DNA from: an uncultured bacterium
GTDB taxonomy: Bacteria > Hydrothermota > UBA3072
Reading direction: 5' to 3'
Length of the DNA stretch: 64,000 nt
Assembly (NCBI GenBank): GCA_964418485.1
Contig: CAYQMH010000002.1
Location: 5,687-69,686 of the forward strand
Shown: positions 51,363 to 61,519 of the stretch, in pieces
How the letters are laid out: every line of letters starts with the position of its first letter
Numbering within the stretch: the first letter of the stretch is position 1
Position numbers and translations under genes: made by a program
Notes under the pieces: generated by a model
The model's input: only the letters and a program-made list of their open reading frames with translations
Database searches by the model: none
What the model was told of the DNA's origin: nothing

Positions 51363-51578
51363 CTATTGTTGCTGTACTTTGTCATGCGCAGGGTGCTTTT
51401 CTATTACTATATTAAACTTCTCTTTTAATTCTTTTATTCCTTCTTCTGTGATGTAATGCTGGCTTTTGCGGCCTACTTTTTCTTCAATCATCCAGCCTTG
51501 TTTAACACAATAACTCAGGAAACTTCCGCCAACGTAAAATGGATTGATTTTATAAAGTTTCTTTTCTTTACTATCCAT
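51363..51578 (-). CDS. hypothetical small protein, possibly winged-helix DNA-binding
   Basis: 'LSYCVKQGWMIEEKVGRKSQHYITEEG' resembles a wHTH recognition helix plus wing. GGAGG RBS. Confidence 0.3.
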   Translation of the reverse strand: MDSKEKKLYKINPFYVGGSFLSYCVKQGWMIEEKVGRKSQHYITEEGIKELKEKFNIVIEKHPAHDKVQQQ

Positions 51579-51602
51579 TTTATAAATTTCCTCCTATTAA
51601 AA

Positions 51603-51643
51603 TCATGATAATTATTATTAGTTATTTTACTTAGGCTGTCAAG
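51603..51643 (-). promoter_or_regulatory. repeated consensus promoter module, copy 5
   Basis: Minus strand reads CTTGACAgcctaagtaaaataactaATAATAATtatcatga, followed by the RBS. Confidence 0.6.
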
Positions 51644-51739
51644 TTTAGAAGCAACAAATCACACGAATTGCACGAATAACACAAATTTTTTAAAGCTAAG
51701 AGCCAAAGGCGAAGGTTGAGGGCGAAAAGCTTTGTTTAA

Positions 51740-51774
51740 CAAAAAAACCACAAAAACGGGATGTTTTTGTGGTT
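51740..51774 (-). terminator. putative bidirectional rho-independent terminator
   Basis: 12-bp stem aaccacaaaaac/gtttttgtggtt flanked by A7 on one side and T5 on the other. Confidence 0.5.
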
Positions 51775-51809
51775 TTTGTAGATTCGAATGAATCTAAAGT
51801 GGAATTATA

Positions 51810-52169
51810 CTATCCAGTGTATTTGGCACCGCCGAAGCCAAGTATAGGGTAAAATATTATGGGAAGAAGTATCAAACCTGCTGTGAAACCACCACCCTGT
51901 CCGAATTTCTTCGCGAGTTCGATATTGACGATAATATATATTACTACGTTAACAAACGGTATGAGCCAGAGGATGAACCACCATAACGGTTTATCCACTA
52001 CTTCCAGTAAAACTATTATGTTGTAAATAGGTATTATAGCTGCCCAGCCTGGTTTTCCAGCTTTGGTGAAAATTTTCCACATACCGATAATGTACAAAAG
52101 AATGATTGCTAAATAGACAATAACTATACCTGCAGACATTCCTGCAGATGGATAATCTCCGTAATCCAT
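51810..52169 (-). CDS. small polytopic membrane protein (DUF5684-like)
   Basis: 'AGKPGWAAIIPIYN' and 'KFGQGGGFTAGLILLP' motifs. Confidence 0.4.
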   Translation of the reverse strand: MDYGDYPSAGMSAGIVIVYLAIILLYIIGMWKIFTKAGKPGWAAIIPIYNIIVLLEVVDKPLWWFILWLIPFVNVVIYIIVNIELAKKFGQGGGFTAGLILLPIIFYPILGFGGAKYTG

Positions 52170-52246
52170 AAATACACCTCCTTTTTTAATTGTTTAATAT
52201 CTTTATAAGAGATTTTCACTATAATGTCAATATGAAAAATTTTTTT

Positions 52247-52349
52247 GCCACGAAGACACTAAGACACAAAGTCCTTGGATCGTTGGTCTGTTGGTCGGTT
52301 AGTCCGTAAAAATAACGCACCAACACACCCACGCACTAACCCACTAACT
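52247..52349 (+). repeat. dispersed heptamer-word repeat Z2
   Basis: Matches 22331-22410. Also shares module 'gccacgaagacactaagacacaaag' with 53455-53480. Confidence 0.7.
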
Positions 52350-52430
52350 TTATTTAACGCTTGACAGCGAGTGTATTATTCCTTATTCTTTCGAGGGAAT
52401 TAATATTATTATGAGATTGGGGTTTATTGG

Positions 52431-53453
52431 ATGGATATAAGGGATGTGATTATTTGCGGAGCGGGACCCGCAGGGTCTTCTCTCGCTTATTTTTTATCGA
52501 GAGAAGGATTCGACGTTCTTCTTCTTGATAAGATGAAATTTCCGAGAGCAAAACCTTGTGCCGGTGCTTTTCAGATCTCTTTAGCTGATTTTTTTCCTTT
52601 TTCACTTGAACCGGTTGCGGAAGATAAAGCGATAGGGCTTTCTTTTGTAAAGAATGATAGATATTGCAGGGTTGAGCTGGGTAGTCCCATAGCCTATACA
52701 GTCGATAGGAAGAAATTTGATGATTTTTTATTGAGGAAAGCTATTGATAGTGGTACGAACTTTATTGAGGAGTGTAGGGTTCTTAAAGTTGATGGGGAAA
52801 ACGTTTATTCCAATCTGGGTAAATTTTCAGGTAGGATTATAGTGGGCGCTGAAGGAGTAGCTAGTGTAGTTAGAAGATTTGGTAGATACAGGAGAATGAA
52901 AAGTATGCTGAGGACGATAAGCGCCGATATTCCTTTTAGTTTCAAAAAAGAATTGGTTTTTGATCTTTCTTACACAAAAGGAGGATATGCATGGATATTT
53001 CCTAAAGGGAAAAAGACACATGTTGGGTTTGGAACTTCTCCTCGTACTTTTAGAGACAGTGATGTTATATTGTCTAAGATTTTAGATGATTATGGATTTC
53101 CGGAACCTGAAAATATTTACAAATGGACTTATCCTTTATTTTCATCTCCTGAATTGCTGGTCTGGAAGAATACACTTTTAATCGGCGATGCAGCTTCTCT
53201 TGTAAATCCGGCGACCGGCGGAGGGATATATAACGCAGTTCAGTCAGCTTATCTTGCTTCTAAAGCTATCAATTTTAATTTAAGAGAGGGGAGATCCCTT
53301 AAGGTTTATCAGGATATGATAAAAAAACATATGTATCCAATATTCTATTCCTCTAAAGTTTTTAATCAAATATTGGAAAAATTTCCTTTCCCAATTCAAT
53401 TTCTGCGATCGATAAAACCGCTTCTTACTTTTTTGGCAAAAAATTTATCGTAA
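52431..53453 (+). CDS. FAD-dependent oxidoreductase (geranylgeranyl reductase family)
   Basis: 'VIICGAGPAGSSLAYFL' dinucleotide-binding motif. Confidence 0.7.
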   Translation: MDIRDVIICGAGPAGSSLAYFLSREGFDVLLLDKMKFPRAKPCAGAFQISLADFFPFSLEPVAEDKAIGLSFVKNDRYCRVELGSPIAYTVDRKKFDDFLLRKAIDSGTNFIEECRVLKVDGENVYSNLGKFSGRIIVGAEGVASVVRRFGRYRRMKSMLRTISADIPFSFKKELVFDLSYTKGGYAWIFPKGKKTHVGFGTSPRTFRDSDVILSKILDDYGFPEPENIYKWTYPLFSSPELLVWKNTLLIGDAASLVNPATGGGIYNAVQSAYLASKAINFNLREGRSLKVYQDMIKKHMYPIFYSSKVFNQILEKFPFPIQFLRSIKPLLTFLAKNLS

Positions 53454-53454
53454 T

Positions 53455-53580
53455 AGCCACAAAGACACTAAGGCACAAAGAAAAAATTTTTTTAACCACG
53501 AAATACACTAAATTTTTTATTGTAATTTTAAAACCCAATTCCCCAAAAAGGTTAACAACAAATCACACAAATAGCACGAT
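53455..53580 (-). repeat. dispersed mosaic intergenic repeat X3
   Basis: Same orientation as X1, sharing 'aaccacgaaata.ac...aaacactaaa' and 'gaacaacaaata.cac.aatagcac' modules. Confidence 0.7.
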
Positions 53581-53649
53581 TTTTTTTTATGTTTTAATAT
53601 AGGTCTTGACATGGATAATTGATTATCTAAATTATATCAGGAGGTTAAA

Positions 53650-54187
53650 ATGAAAGATATGACAAAACGAGATGTTGCGGATATTGTACTTGCTATAGTT
53701 GGGTTTTATTTTCTTTTTTATTTTTTTTCAATCAATTGTACATATCGGAGGTATTTTATCGGTCCCTGACGATGACTATAACAGGTTCCTAATGCTTCAA
53801 CTTTTTTTAATAAACCTTCTAGCCTTATTCATCGTTTCTTACGTGCTTCTTTTTAAAAGAGACAAAATTATTAATTTACTTTTTCCCCTAGCAGACAAGA
53901 TTAAACTTACTTTGGGTAAAGAATTTGTTGATTTTTCCAGTTATGTTTTCTGGATCAGACTTGTGGGCATAATTGAATTCTTGCTTGCCGGTACAAAATT
54001 TGTAGCTTATTTAGTATCATCCCTCCCCATCAAGGGCGAATTTGTAATGGGCTTTTACTGGTGGCATAAAAGCGGACCGGAACTTATTGCTGCGGTTTTA
54101 GCAATTGTCGTGATATGGAAAGCAGAATGGATTGCCAAATTTATCGAAGAAATAAGTCTCCCAGGGAAGCCAAAAAGAACAAAGTAA
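53650..54187 (+). CDS. hypothetical membrane protein, apparently frameshifted in a T8 run (39-codon frame from 53650, then 53699-54187)
   Basis: TTGACA/TAAATT promoter and GGAGG RBS serve the ATG at 53650, which encodes a TM-like N-terminus. Skipping 1 nt in the T-run 53712-53728 joins it to the long ORF. Confidence 0.45.
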
Positions 54188-54285
54188 CATTAAAATATTC
54201 GCTTTAATTGTATAGGTATAAGATATTTGTTAACAAATACTTATATTAATTTAACTTAAGTTGTTTTTGTTGATCTTGGTCCAGT

Positions 54286-54412
54286 TTATTTGTGATATTT
54301 GTGCAATTTGTTGTTGCTAATTTTTTTGTGGTTGGGGTTGTTTTTAAAGCAGCAAAAAAATTGGGTGTGGAGTGGTGGTGTATCTGAGTTGATCTGCGTT
54401 CATCTGGGTCCT
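54286..54412 (+). repeat. dispersed mosaic intergenic repeat X5
   Basis: 'tttgtgatatttgtgcaatttgttgttgc' and 'gatctgcgttcatctgggtcc' modules are shared with X2. Confidence 0.6.
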
Positions 54413-54415
54413 ATT

Positions 54416-55543
54416 TTACAATTTCGGTGGGTTACCGAGTTCTTTATCGAGTTCCTCGAGTAAATCTTTTGCCTTTTTTGATACTTTGTTCGGGGTCCAG
54501 ATGTATGCTTCTGCCAAGAGATCTCCCTTTCCTATTCCGTAGAGATTTCCCATTCCCTGGCTTTTTAATACGAATATTCTTCCGGATTTTGTTCCGGGAG
54601 GTATAGTCAATTTTACTCTTCCGTTTAGTGTCGGGATTGTGACTTTTCCACCTTCTATAGCCATTTGATAACTTATTGGTACTTTGATCTTAAGATTGTT
54701 TCCCTCTCTTTTGAATCTGAAGTCTGATTTTACTATTATCTCTACGATTATGTTCCCCTTGGGACCGCCTCTTATGCCTGTATTTCCTTCTCCTCTTAAG
54801 GGAATATAATTACCTGTTTCAACCCCTGCCGGGATTCTGACCGAAATTTGTTTTTCTTTTTTTACCCTTCCTTCTCCGTGGCAGTCGGAACAGGCATCTT
54901 TTACGATTTCTCCGATTCCTCCGCAGAGCGGGCAGGTGGAAACGGATACCATCTGTCCGAAAAAACTGGAGCGGCTTACCTGGACTTCGCCGTTTCCGTT
55001 GCATCGTGAACATGTCGTTGTTTTTCCGCCTTTTCCGTTGCATTTTCCGCATTTCTCAAACAGACGGATTTTTATCTTTTTTGAGGTTCCTTCCGATGCT
55101 TCTTTTAGAGTTATTTCAAGAGGAATACGGACATCTTCTCCGGTTGGTTTATATACTTTTCTGCTTCCTCGTGTTCTTGTCGTTTGTCCGAATAAATCTC
55201 CGAAGATACTCCCGCTTCCGCCAAAACCGAAACTACTGAAGAGATCTCCGAATATATCCCGAAGGTCATCCTGGTGGGTAAAATCCTGCCAGGTGAAGTT
55301 TCTGCCCTGGAAATGAACGCCTTCTTTACCAAATCTATCGTAGTTGCCCCTTTTTTCCGGGTCCGCAAGCACTTCGTAGGCTTCAGAAATTTCTTTGAAC
55401 TTTTTTTCGGCTTCTTTCTTGTTTTCTTTATTTACGTCCGGATGGTACTTTCTTGCAAGTTTTTTGTAAGCACTTTTTATTTCTTTGGTACTCGCGTCCT
55501 TGCTGACCCCCAGTGTTTCATAGTAGTCATTATTTTTCGGCAT
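54416..55543 (-). CDS. dnaJ: chaperone DnaJ
   Basis: J-domain HPD motif, G/F region, and four CxxCxGxG zinc-finger repeats. Confidence 0.95.
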   Translation of the reverse strand: MPKNNDYYETLGVSKDASTKEIKSAYKKLARKYHPDVNKENKKEAEKKFKEISEAYEVLADPEKRGNYDRFGKEGVHFQGRNFTWQDFTHQDDLRDIFGDLFSSFGFGGSGSIFGDLFGQTTRTRGSRKVYKPTGEDVRIPLEITLKEASEGTSKKIKIRLFEKCGKCNGKGGKTTTCSRCNGNGEVQVSRSSFFGQMVSVSTCPLCGGIGEIVKDACSDCHGEGRVKKEKQISVRIPAGVETGNYIPLRGEGNTGIRGGPKGNIIVEIIVKSDFRFKREGNNLKIKVPISYQMAIEGGKVTIPTLNGRVKLTIPPGTKSGRIFVLKSQGMGNLYGIGKGDLLAEAYIWTPNKVSKKAKDLLEELDKELGNPPKL

Positions 55544-55563
55544 ATCTGATAGTCTTTATACTA

Positions 55564-57516
55564 TTAATTTTCCTCCTCTTCGTTCTCCTCTTCTTTGTCG
55601 TCGATTACTTCGAAATCTGCCTCAACCTCCCCTTCTCCTTTATCTTCTTCTTTCGGTTTTTCTTCTTGGGATTCCTGTTCGGATGCATCAGCTGTAGCTT
55701 TTTGAGCTGATTCTTTTTCAGCTTTCTTGTACATTTTTTCGGAGATTGAATAGGAAGCTTTTTGAAGAATTTCTATTTTATGTTTCATATCGCCAATATC
55801 TTCAGTTTTCAAAGATTCTTTTAAGTCTGATATTGCATTTTCAATCTTACCGCGTTCTTCGTTTGAAACCAAATCGCCATGTTCTTTAAGCGTTTTTTCC
55901 GTGGAATATATTAGAGCGTCGGCTTGATTTCTTATATTAATTAATTCTTCTTTCTTTTTATCTTCTTCTGTGTGAGTTTCTGCGTCGGATCTCATCCTTG
56001 CGATTTCTTCTTCGGTGAGACCAGAAGATGATTCGATTTTAATGGATTGTTCTTTATTGGTTCCAAGGTCTTTTGCGGAGACATTTAATATACCGTTAGC
56101 ATCGATATCGAAACTAACTTCTATTTGAGGGACGCCCCTGGGTGCTGCAGGTATACCGGTTAATTCGAATCGTCCCAGCGTTCTATTGTCTGCTGCCGAA
56201 GTTCTTTCTCCCTGAAGGACGTGTATTGAAACAGCAGGCTGGTTATCTTCTGCGGTCGTAAAAACTTTGCTTTTTTCGGCAGGAATTGTGGTGTTTCTGG
56301 GTATTATTGTGGTCATCATTCCGCCTAAGGTTTCTATTCCAAGAGATAGCGGTGTAACATCGAGGAGTAGAACGTCTTTTACGTCCCCTGAGAGCACTCC
56401 TCCCTGAATAGCTGCACCGACAGCAACGACTTCGTCCGGATTAACACCCTTATGGGGTTCCTTTCCGAAAAGTTCTTTGACCTTTTCCTGGACAGAAGGC
56501 ATTCTTGTCATACCTCCAACCAGGAGTACTTCGTCGATATCGTTTACGGCTAGTCCCGCATCCTTAAACGCGTTTTTTACGGGTTCCTCGACTCTTTTAA
56601 GAAGACTCTCGCATAAGGTTTCAAGTTTTGCTCTTGTCAGTTTTTTTTCAAGGTGTTTTGCGCCTGTTTTATCTCCCGCTAAATATGGCAGATTTATCGT
56701 AGTTTCTTTCATTGTTGAGAGTTCGCATTTCGCTTTTTCTGCCGCATCCCTTACTCTTTGTACAGCGCTTCTATCATCCGAAATATCGATGCCCGTCTCT
56801 TTTTTGAATTCTTCTATTAACCATTCCATTATAGTATGATCAAAATCGTCTCCTCCAAGGTGCGTATCTCCGTTTGTTGAAAGGACTTCAAAGACTCCTT
56901 CGCTTATTTCAAGGATAGATATATCGAAGGTTCCTCCTCCAAGGTCGAAAACGGCGATTTTTTCTTCCTTTTTTTCTCCGAGTCCGTAGGCGAGTGAAGC
57001 TGCTGTAGGTTCATTTATAATTCGAAGAACTTCCAACCCGGCTATCTCTCCCGCATCCTTTGTAGCTTTTCTCTGAGAATCATTGAAATAAGCAGGAACA
57101 GTTATAACCGCTTTTTTTACTTCTCTGCCGATGTGTGCTTCTGCTGCTTTCTTTAAATATTGCAAGACTTTTGCGGAAATTTCCGGTGGAGAATAGACTT
57201 TATCTTCCACTTTTATCCGTGCGTCATCGTGAGGCCCTTTTATAACATCAAAAGGAACTTTTTTCTTTTCGTCCTTTACTTCGGAGAATCTTCTGCCCAT
57301 AAACCTTTTAACGGAATAGACAGTATTCTGAGGATTGGTGAGTTGTTGTCTTTTTGCCTGCAATCCAACTAACTCTTCGCCTTCTTTAAACCCGATTACC
57401 GAAGGCGTAGTCCTTTGTCCTTCCGGATTCGAGATTACTTCAGGTTCCGATTGCTCGACAACGGCTACCACCGAGTTGGTGGTACCCAGATCGATTCCTA
57501 TTACAGGTTCTTTCAT
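55564..57516 (-). CDS. dnaK: chaperone DnaK (Hsp70)
   Basis: '[10 protein letters not shown]', 'DLGGGTFD' and '[11 protein letters not shown]' motifs. Acidic C-terminal tail. Confidence 0.97.
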   Translation of the reverse strand: MKEPVIGIDLGTTNSVVAVVEQSEPEVISNPEGQRTTPSVIGFKEGEELVGLQAKRQQLTNPQNTVYSVKRFMGRRFSEVKDEKKKVPFDVIKGPHDDARIKVEDKVYSPPEISAKVLQYLKKAAEAHIGREVKKAVITVPAYFNDSQRKATKDAGEIAGLEVLRIINEPTAASLAYGLGEKKEEKIAVFDLGGGTFDISILEISEGVFEVLSTNGDTHLGGDDFDHTIMEWLIEEFKKETGIDISDDRSAVQRVRDAAEKAKCELSTMKETTINLPYLAGDKTGAKHLEKKLTRAKLETLCESLLKRVEEPVKNAFKDAGLAVNDIDEVLLVGGMTRMPSVQEKVKELFGKEPHKGVNPDEVVAVGAAIQGGVLSGDVKDVLLLDVTPLSLGIETLGGMMTTIIPRNTTIPAEKSKVFTTAEDNQPAVSIHVLQGERTSAADNRTLGRFELTGIPAAPRGVPQIEVSFDIDANGILNVSAKDLGTNKEQSIKIESSSGLTEEEIARMRSDAETHTEEDKKKEELINIRNQADALIYSTEKTLKEHGDLVSNEERGKIENAISDLKESLKTEDIGDMKHKIEILQKASYSISEKMYKKAEKESAQKATADASEQESQEEKPKEEDKGEGEVEADFEVIDDKEEENEEEEN

Positions 57517-58148
57517 TCTGCTTCTCCTCCTTCATTTTTATTTCCTTCATTGTTTTTGTCTTTATTTTCTTCAACTTTTTTTGCTACAATTACCTTTGCA
57601 GGTCGCAAGACTTTATCTTTGATTTTGTAGCCACTTTGTGTTTCTTCCAATATTTTACCTTCTTCTTCATCATTTTGTTCGATTACGTGGATCGCGTCAT
57701 GTTTTGATGGGTCGAATTTTTCTCCTAAAGATATAAATGGTTCTATATTATATATTTTTAGCAAATTTTCAAAGTTAGAGCGCACAAGGCGAATCCCTTC
57801 GTAGAAAGATTTGTAATCATCTTTATGTTTTTCGCTGTCGTTAAAGGATTCGAAAGCCCTTTTGAAATCATCGAGTATAGGAAGAATTTTTCTGAAAACC
57901 TCTTCCAGGGTAAAGTTGTAGGTTTTTTCTTTTTCCTGTAAAGCTCTTTTCCTGAGGTTTTCATAATTAGCCAAGGCTCGAAGGTATTTGTCCTTAAACT
58001 CTTCTTTTTCTTCCTGTATTGCATTAATCAAAGCTTCCATGCTTTCAAATTCCTTTTCTTCTTTATTTATTTCTTCTTCACTTTTCTTTTCTTCTTTTAC
58101 TTCTTCTTCTATTTTCTCTATATCCTCAACCTGATCGCCTTCCGGCAT
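57513..58148 (-). CDS. grpE: nucleotide exchange factor GrpE
   Basis: 'YENLRKR' and a C-terminal '[16 protein letters not shown]' motif. Confidence 0.85.
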   Translation of the reverse strand: MPEGDQVEDIEKIEEEVKEEKKSEEEINKEEKEFESMEALINAIQEEKEEFKDKYLRALANYENLRKRALQEKEKTYNFTLEEVFRKILPILDDFKRAFESFNDSEKHKDDYKSFYEGIRLVRSNFENLLKIYNIEPFISLGEKFDPSKHDAIHVIEQNDEEEGKILEETQSGYKIKDKVLRPAKVIVAKKVEENKDKNNEGNKNEGGEAE

Positions 58149-58394
58149 CTTCCCTCCTATCTTATTTTCCTTTGCTTATTAATGTAATTTACTAGGATGC
58201 CTTTTAATGTCAACCCCCAAAAACTGTAAATCTTGTAAATAATCTTAATGAAAAGTTCCTTTTTGTCAAGGTGTAGAGCTGTTTTGTTTCAATTATTTTA
58301 GTAAAGAATTGCTTAAAATTAATCGGATTGTCGCAAGTAGTATTAGAGTGAGAAACGTGAGCACTTTTTAATTAAATTATTGTCGTTGTATTGC

Positions 58395-58790
58395 TCAGGG
58401 TTTGTCTACGTCGAGCCAGGTCTTAGCTATCTCCAGGGTGTTAAAGACTATAACTTTTTGTTTTGCCTCAGGTATTGTTTTTTCGTAGTATTTAGCTTTG
58501 TCGAAGGATTCCCGTTTGCACGCAACTATAGCAAGCTTATTTCTGAATATTCTCTTTTTATCAGTAATGACTTCTTTGATAATTTCCGCGAAACTCTCGA
58601 TTGTTACTTTGGATTTAGTGATAAATCTAACATCAAAGAGTTCTTTATACCCTTCTTTTATTTTGGAATTTACTTTGATTTTGTGCACATAATCAATTAT
58701 ATCCTCAGGTGTCAATGTCCCTGTCGCTTTCGCATAAACATATTTACCGTTATCGTGAACTTGATATTTAACTGGCATTTTTTGTTGCAA
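58395..58790 (-). CDS. STAS/SpoIIAA-like (DUF3478-like) protein
   Basis: 'GTLTPEDIIDY...ELFDVR...AKTWL' pattern. Confidence 0.4.
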   Translation of the reverse strand: MQQKMPVKYQVHDNGKYVYAKATGTLTPEDIIDYVHKIKVNSKIKEGYKELFDVRFITKSKVTIESFAEIIKEVITDKKRIFRNKLAIVACKRESFDKAKYYEKTIPEAKQKVIVFNTLEIAKTWLDVDKP

Positions 58791-58943
58791 TGAAAGTTAA
58801 TATTAAATGTTTTCGTGTCAAGAGAAGGTTTTCCCCTAATTGATGACTTATGGTTTAATAAACTTGAAATATCGTTAAATGCAAATGCGAATCGCTATTA
58901 ATTTACTACAAAAGCAGTAAGACGCAAAGCCCTACACCAAAGT

Positions 58944-59933
58944 TTATTTTATTTTTTTAAAAACCTTGGTATATACTCCAAAAATAAAGTCACTTTGATT
59001 ATTGTTCTCTATAAAAGTATCTTCTGCTTTGAACAGAAAATTCAGTATTTTATTTATATCATTTTTATTTTCTATAAAATTATGTGAAATGTCTTTAAAA
59101 ATCAAGTGCAATAAATTGCCGCCGTATGGCTTTTCTTCAAGTTTTTTAAATTTCTTTCTTATTTGCGGTAAAATTTCTTCGGAATTAACCGCTTCAGATG
59201 GGTCTGACAAGATCATTCTTAATAAACCAGGCCTGTATATCTTCTTTTTTATACTATTTGATTGCCAGAGTTTTCTATATTGCGATGGGATCATCTTTAA
59301 ATAGTTGTTAGCTTCTTTAAGCTGTTTATTTGTCCATTGTAATCTATTCGGGCCTATATATTCATTGAGTATCAATAAGCCGCCCAATTTCATTGCCTTA
59401 TAGATTTTTTCTATAATAGTCTTAAGATTGTTAAAATGATGGAGACTTGAATGGAATAATATTACATCATATTGGTTAATCCCAAAATCGTGCTTATACA
59501 AATCTCCAACAAAGTAAAATAAATTACCGTAACCTAAATTTTTGGCATTCATATTGGCAATATTAATTCGACTGGGAGATAAATCGAAACCTTCAACACT
59601 AGAAAAATTATTATATTTTGCAAATTTAAGTTCTATATGACCACTTCCGCAACCTGGTGAAATTAGCTTTAAATTTCGTTTGCTTTTTAAATATTTATTA
59701 ACGACATAATCGGGGAATTCTATATTTGGATTCCCTGTAATGATTTTATTCCATCTTTTAGTAACCCTGGGAATTGACCACCAGTGAATAGGTGGGTTTT
59801 CTTTTTTATCCCATATATTTCTTATTCTGGATGTTTTAGAAAAATTAAGCCTATTTAATAAAAGTTCGGTCCCTTTCAAAGAGAACTTATGATATATATC
59901 GATAAAATCGCCAATAGATATAATTGTTTTCAA
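58944..59933 (-). CDS. class I SAM-dependent methyltransferase
   Basis: 'LISPGCGSGH' motif I and 'LKLGGLLIL' post-I region. Confidence 0.55.
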   Translation of the reverse strand: MKTIISIGDFIDIYHKFSLKGTELLLNRLNFSKTSRIRNIWDKKENPPIHWWSIPRVTKRWNKIITGNPNIEFPDYVVNKYLKSKRNLKLISPGCGSGHIELKFAKYNNFSSVEGFDLSPSRINIANMNAKNLGYGNLFYFVGDLYKHDFGINQYDVILFHSSLHHFNNLKTIIEKIYKAMKLGGLLILNEYIGPNRLQWTNKQLKEANNYLKMIPSQYRKLWQSNSIKKKIYRPGLLRMILSDPSEAVNSEEILPQIRKKFKKLEEKPYGGNLLHLIFKDISHNFIENKNDINKILNFLFKAEDTFIENNNQSDFIFGVYTKVFKKIK

Positions 59934-60253
59934 TTGTAATTGTTAAATAGTTTTTGTTTTGTCATTATTGTTGGCTTATTTTTGAGTTTAGCTTTTCGCT
60001 CGGTAGTGAACTCCCACCATGGTTTTGATGGATTGCCGTTACAGAATGATACCGCAGAGATAAAAACATCAAGGAGACAGGGGTCGTGGCGTTTACTGGT
60101 TAATTCACAGAGTTTTCTATACATAATGTAAGGGTCGGCTCCTGTTAGGTCTGAAGGTTTTTTATAACCAAGAATACGTAATTTTGCAGCAATAGCCACT
60201 CCGACATTTGGTATGGATTCTAATTTATCAAGACCTGTTTGTTTTTTTATCAT
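59930..60253 (-). CDS. TfoX C-terminal-domain-like HhH protein
   Basis: 'LESIPNVGVAIAAKLRILG' helix-hairpin-helix. Confidence 0.4.
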   Translation of the reverse strand: MIKKQTGLDKLESIPNVGVAIAAKLRILGYKKPSDLTGADPYIMYRKLCELTSKRHDPCLLDVFISAVSFCNGNPSKPWWEFTTERKAKLKNKPTIMTKQKLFNNYN

Positions 60254-60390
60254 TTTTTTATCCCAGTAATTTTTCTCCGATTATTCCCACGAGAAAGCCT
60301 ATTGATGCTCCTATCGCCGGAATCCAACAAGAAATGAGTATATTATTATTTCTAAAATTTCTTTCATTTTTTAGGTATTATTATAATTCG

Positions 60391-61353
60391 TTAATTCTTA
60401 TTGTCCAGAGAATAATTTGGTTTATTATTTGTAGAAATGGAATCAACTTCTTCATTCTGATGGCCTGCATATATCGAATATTTAATTCCATTCTTGCCTC
60501 GATTTTTAACCGAGTACATTAACGAATCAACTGATTCCATGATTTTATTTATACTAGGCGGATTAGTATTGCAGGTTAAAACACCAATACTTAATGTTAT
60601 AGAATAATCTTTAAGGTTTTTATTTTGGTTAACTGATTTTTTAATTTTTTCTATAGCTTGTTTAGCAGCTTTGTTGTCCGTTTCCGGTAAAAAGACTACA
60701 AGTTCGTCTCCGCCGAGTCTGGCGACTATATCGGTTTTTCTGAGATTGCTTTTCATGGTATCTGCGAAGATTCGTAGTACGTTATCGCCGTCAAGATGAC
60801 CAAATTTATCGTTTATTTTTTTGAAGTTGTCCATATCGATATATGCTATTGTAAAAGGATGCCCATATCTCTTAGACCGTTCTATCTCTATATCCATGAA
60901 TTCGTAGAAGGAGCGTGGGTTCATTACTCCGGTGAGGTAATCGATGCGTGACAATACTCGCTCATAGTTTAGATTTGTTTTGAGACGATCCAGCAATATT
61001 GTTACGATTAGAAAAAAGCCTAACATGCTGATTGTATTCCAGAAATGGATAACTAAATGTGAATAAAATCGTCCTGCAGTGATTTCGGCAATTGTCCAGG
61101 TGGTTGCGCTAATAATTGAAATAAAAACAGCAAAGGGTTTTCTCGTAAACCACGTACTTGTCATAACTGGAATTAAGTAGACAAGTGAAAATGCGACTTC
61201 CGGACCGGTAAAATAATCAAGTAATCCTGCAAATGCTATCATAATAATGGAAATTATAACCCATTTCAATTTTACTTGTTTGTTAAATTGTATGTATTTT
61301 ATATTAAGTTCTCTTTCTGATTTTTGGAAGTTCTTTTCTTTTTTTCTAAACAT
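60391..61353 (-). CDS. membrane-anchored GGDEF-domain protein (signature reads GGDEL)
   Basis: Four N-terminal TM helices. The GGDEF domain has 'RLGGDELVV' and the 'YIDMDNFKKIND' motif. Confidence 0.75.
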   Translation of the reverse strand: MFRKKEKNFQKSERELNIKYIQFNKQVKLKWVIISIIMIAFAGLLDYFTGPEVAFSLVYLIPVMTSTWFTRKPFAVFISIISATTWTIAEITAGRFYSHLVIHFWNTISMLGFFLIVTILLDRLKTNLNYERVLSRIDYLTGVMNPRSFYEFMDIEIERSKRYGHPFTIAYIDMDNFKKINDKFGHLDGDNVLRIFADTMKSNLRKTDIVARLGGDELVVFLPETDNKAAKQAIEKIKKSVNQNKNLKDYSITLSIGVLTCNTNPPSINKIMESVDSLMYSVKNRGKNGIKYSIYAGHQNEEVDSISTNNKPNYSLDNKN

Positions 61354-61519
61354 GATTTCTTAGCATTAGTTATTCTTTACCTCTTATCATATTAGGCATG
61401 TTCTTGTGCCAGTAAGGTTTTTTTATTTTAAAGTCTAAGTAAATATTCGTTTATAACCTACCATATAGATTTTAACCGGACATGTTTAGTGTCTGTCATA
61501 AATCAATTTAATTTCTCTC

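Noticed and set aside
46567-51643. Possibility that the five repeated units form a CRISPR array or integron attC sites
   Set aside because: Spacing is irregular (about 0.65-2.3 kb) with whole genes between units. The unit is an asymmetric -35/-10 promoter with no internal palindrome. There are no cas or intI genes in the window.
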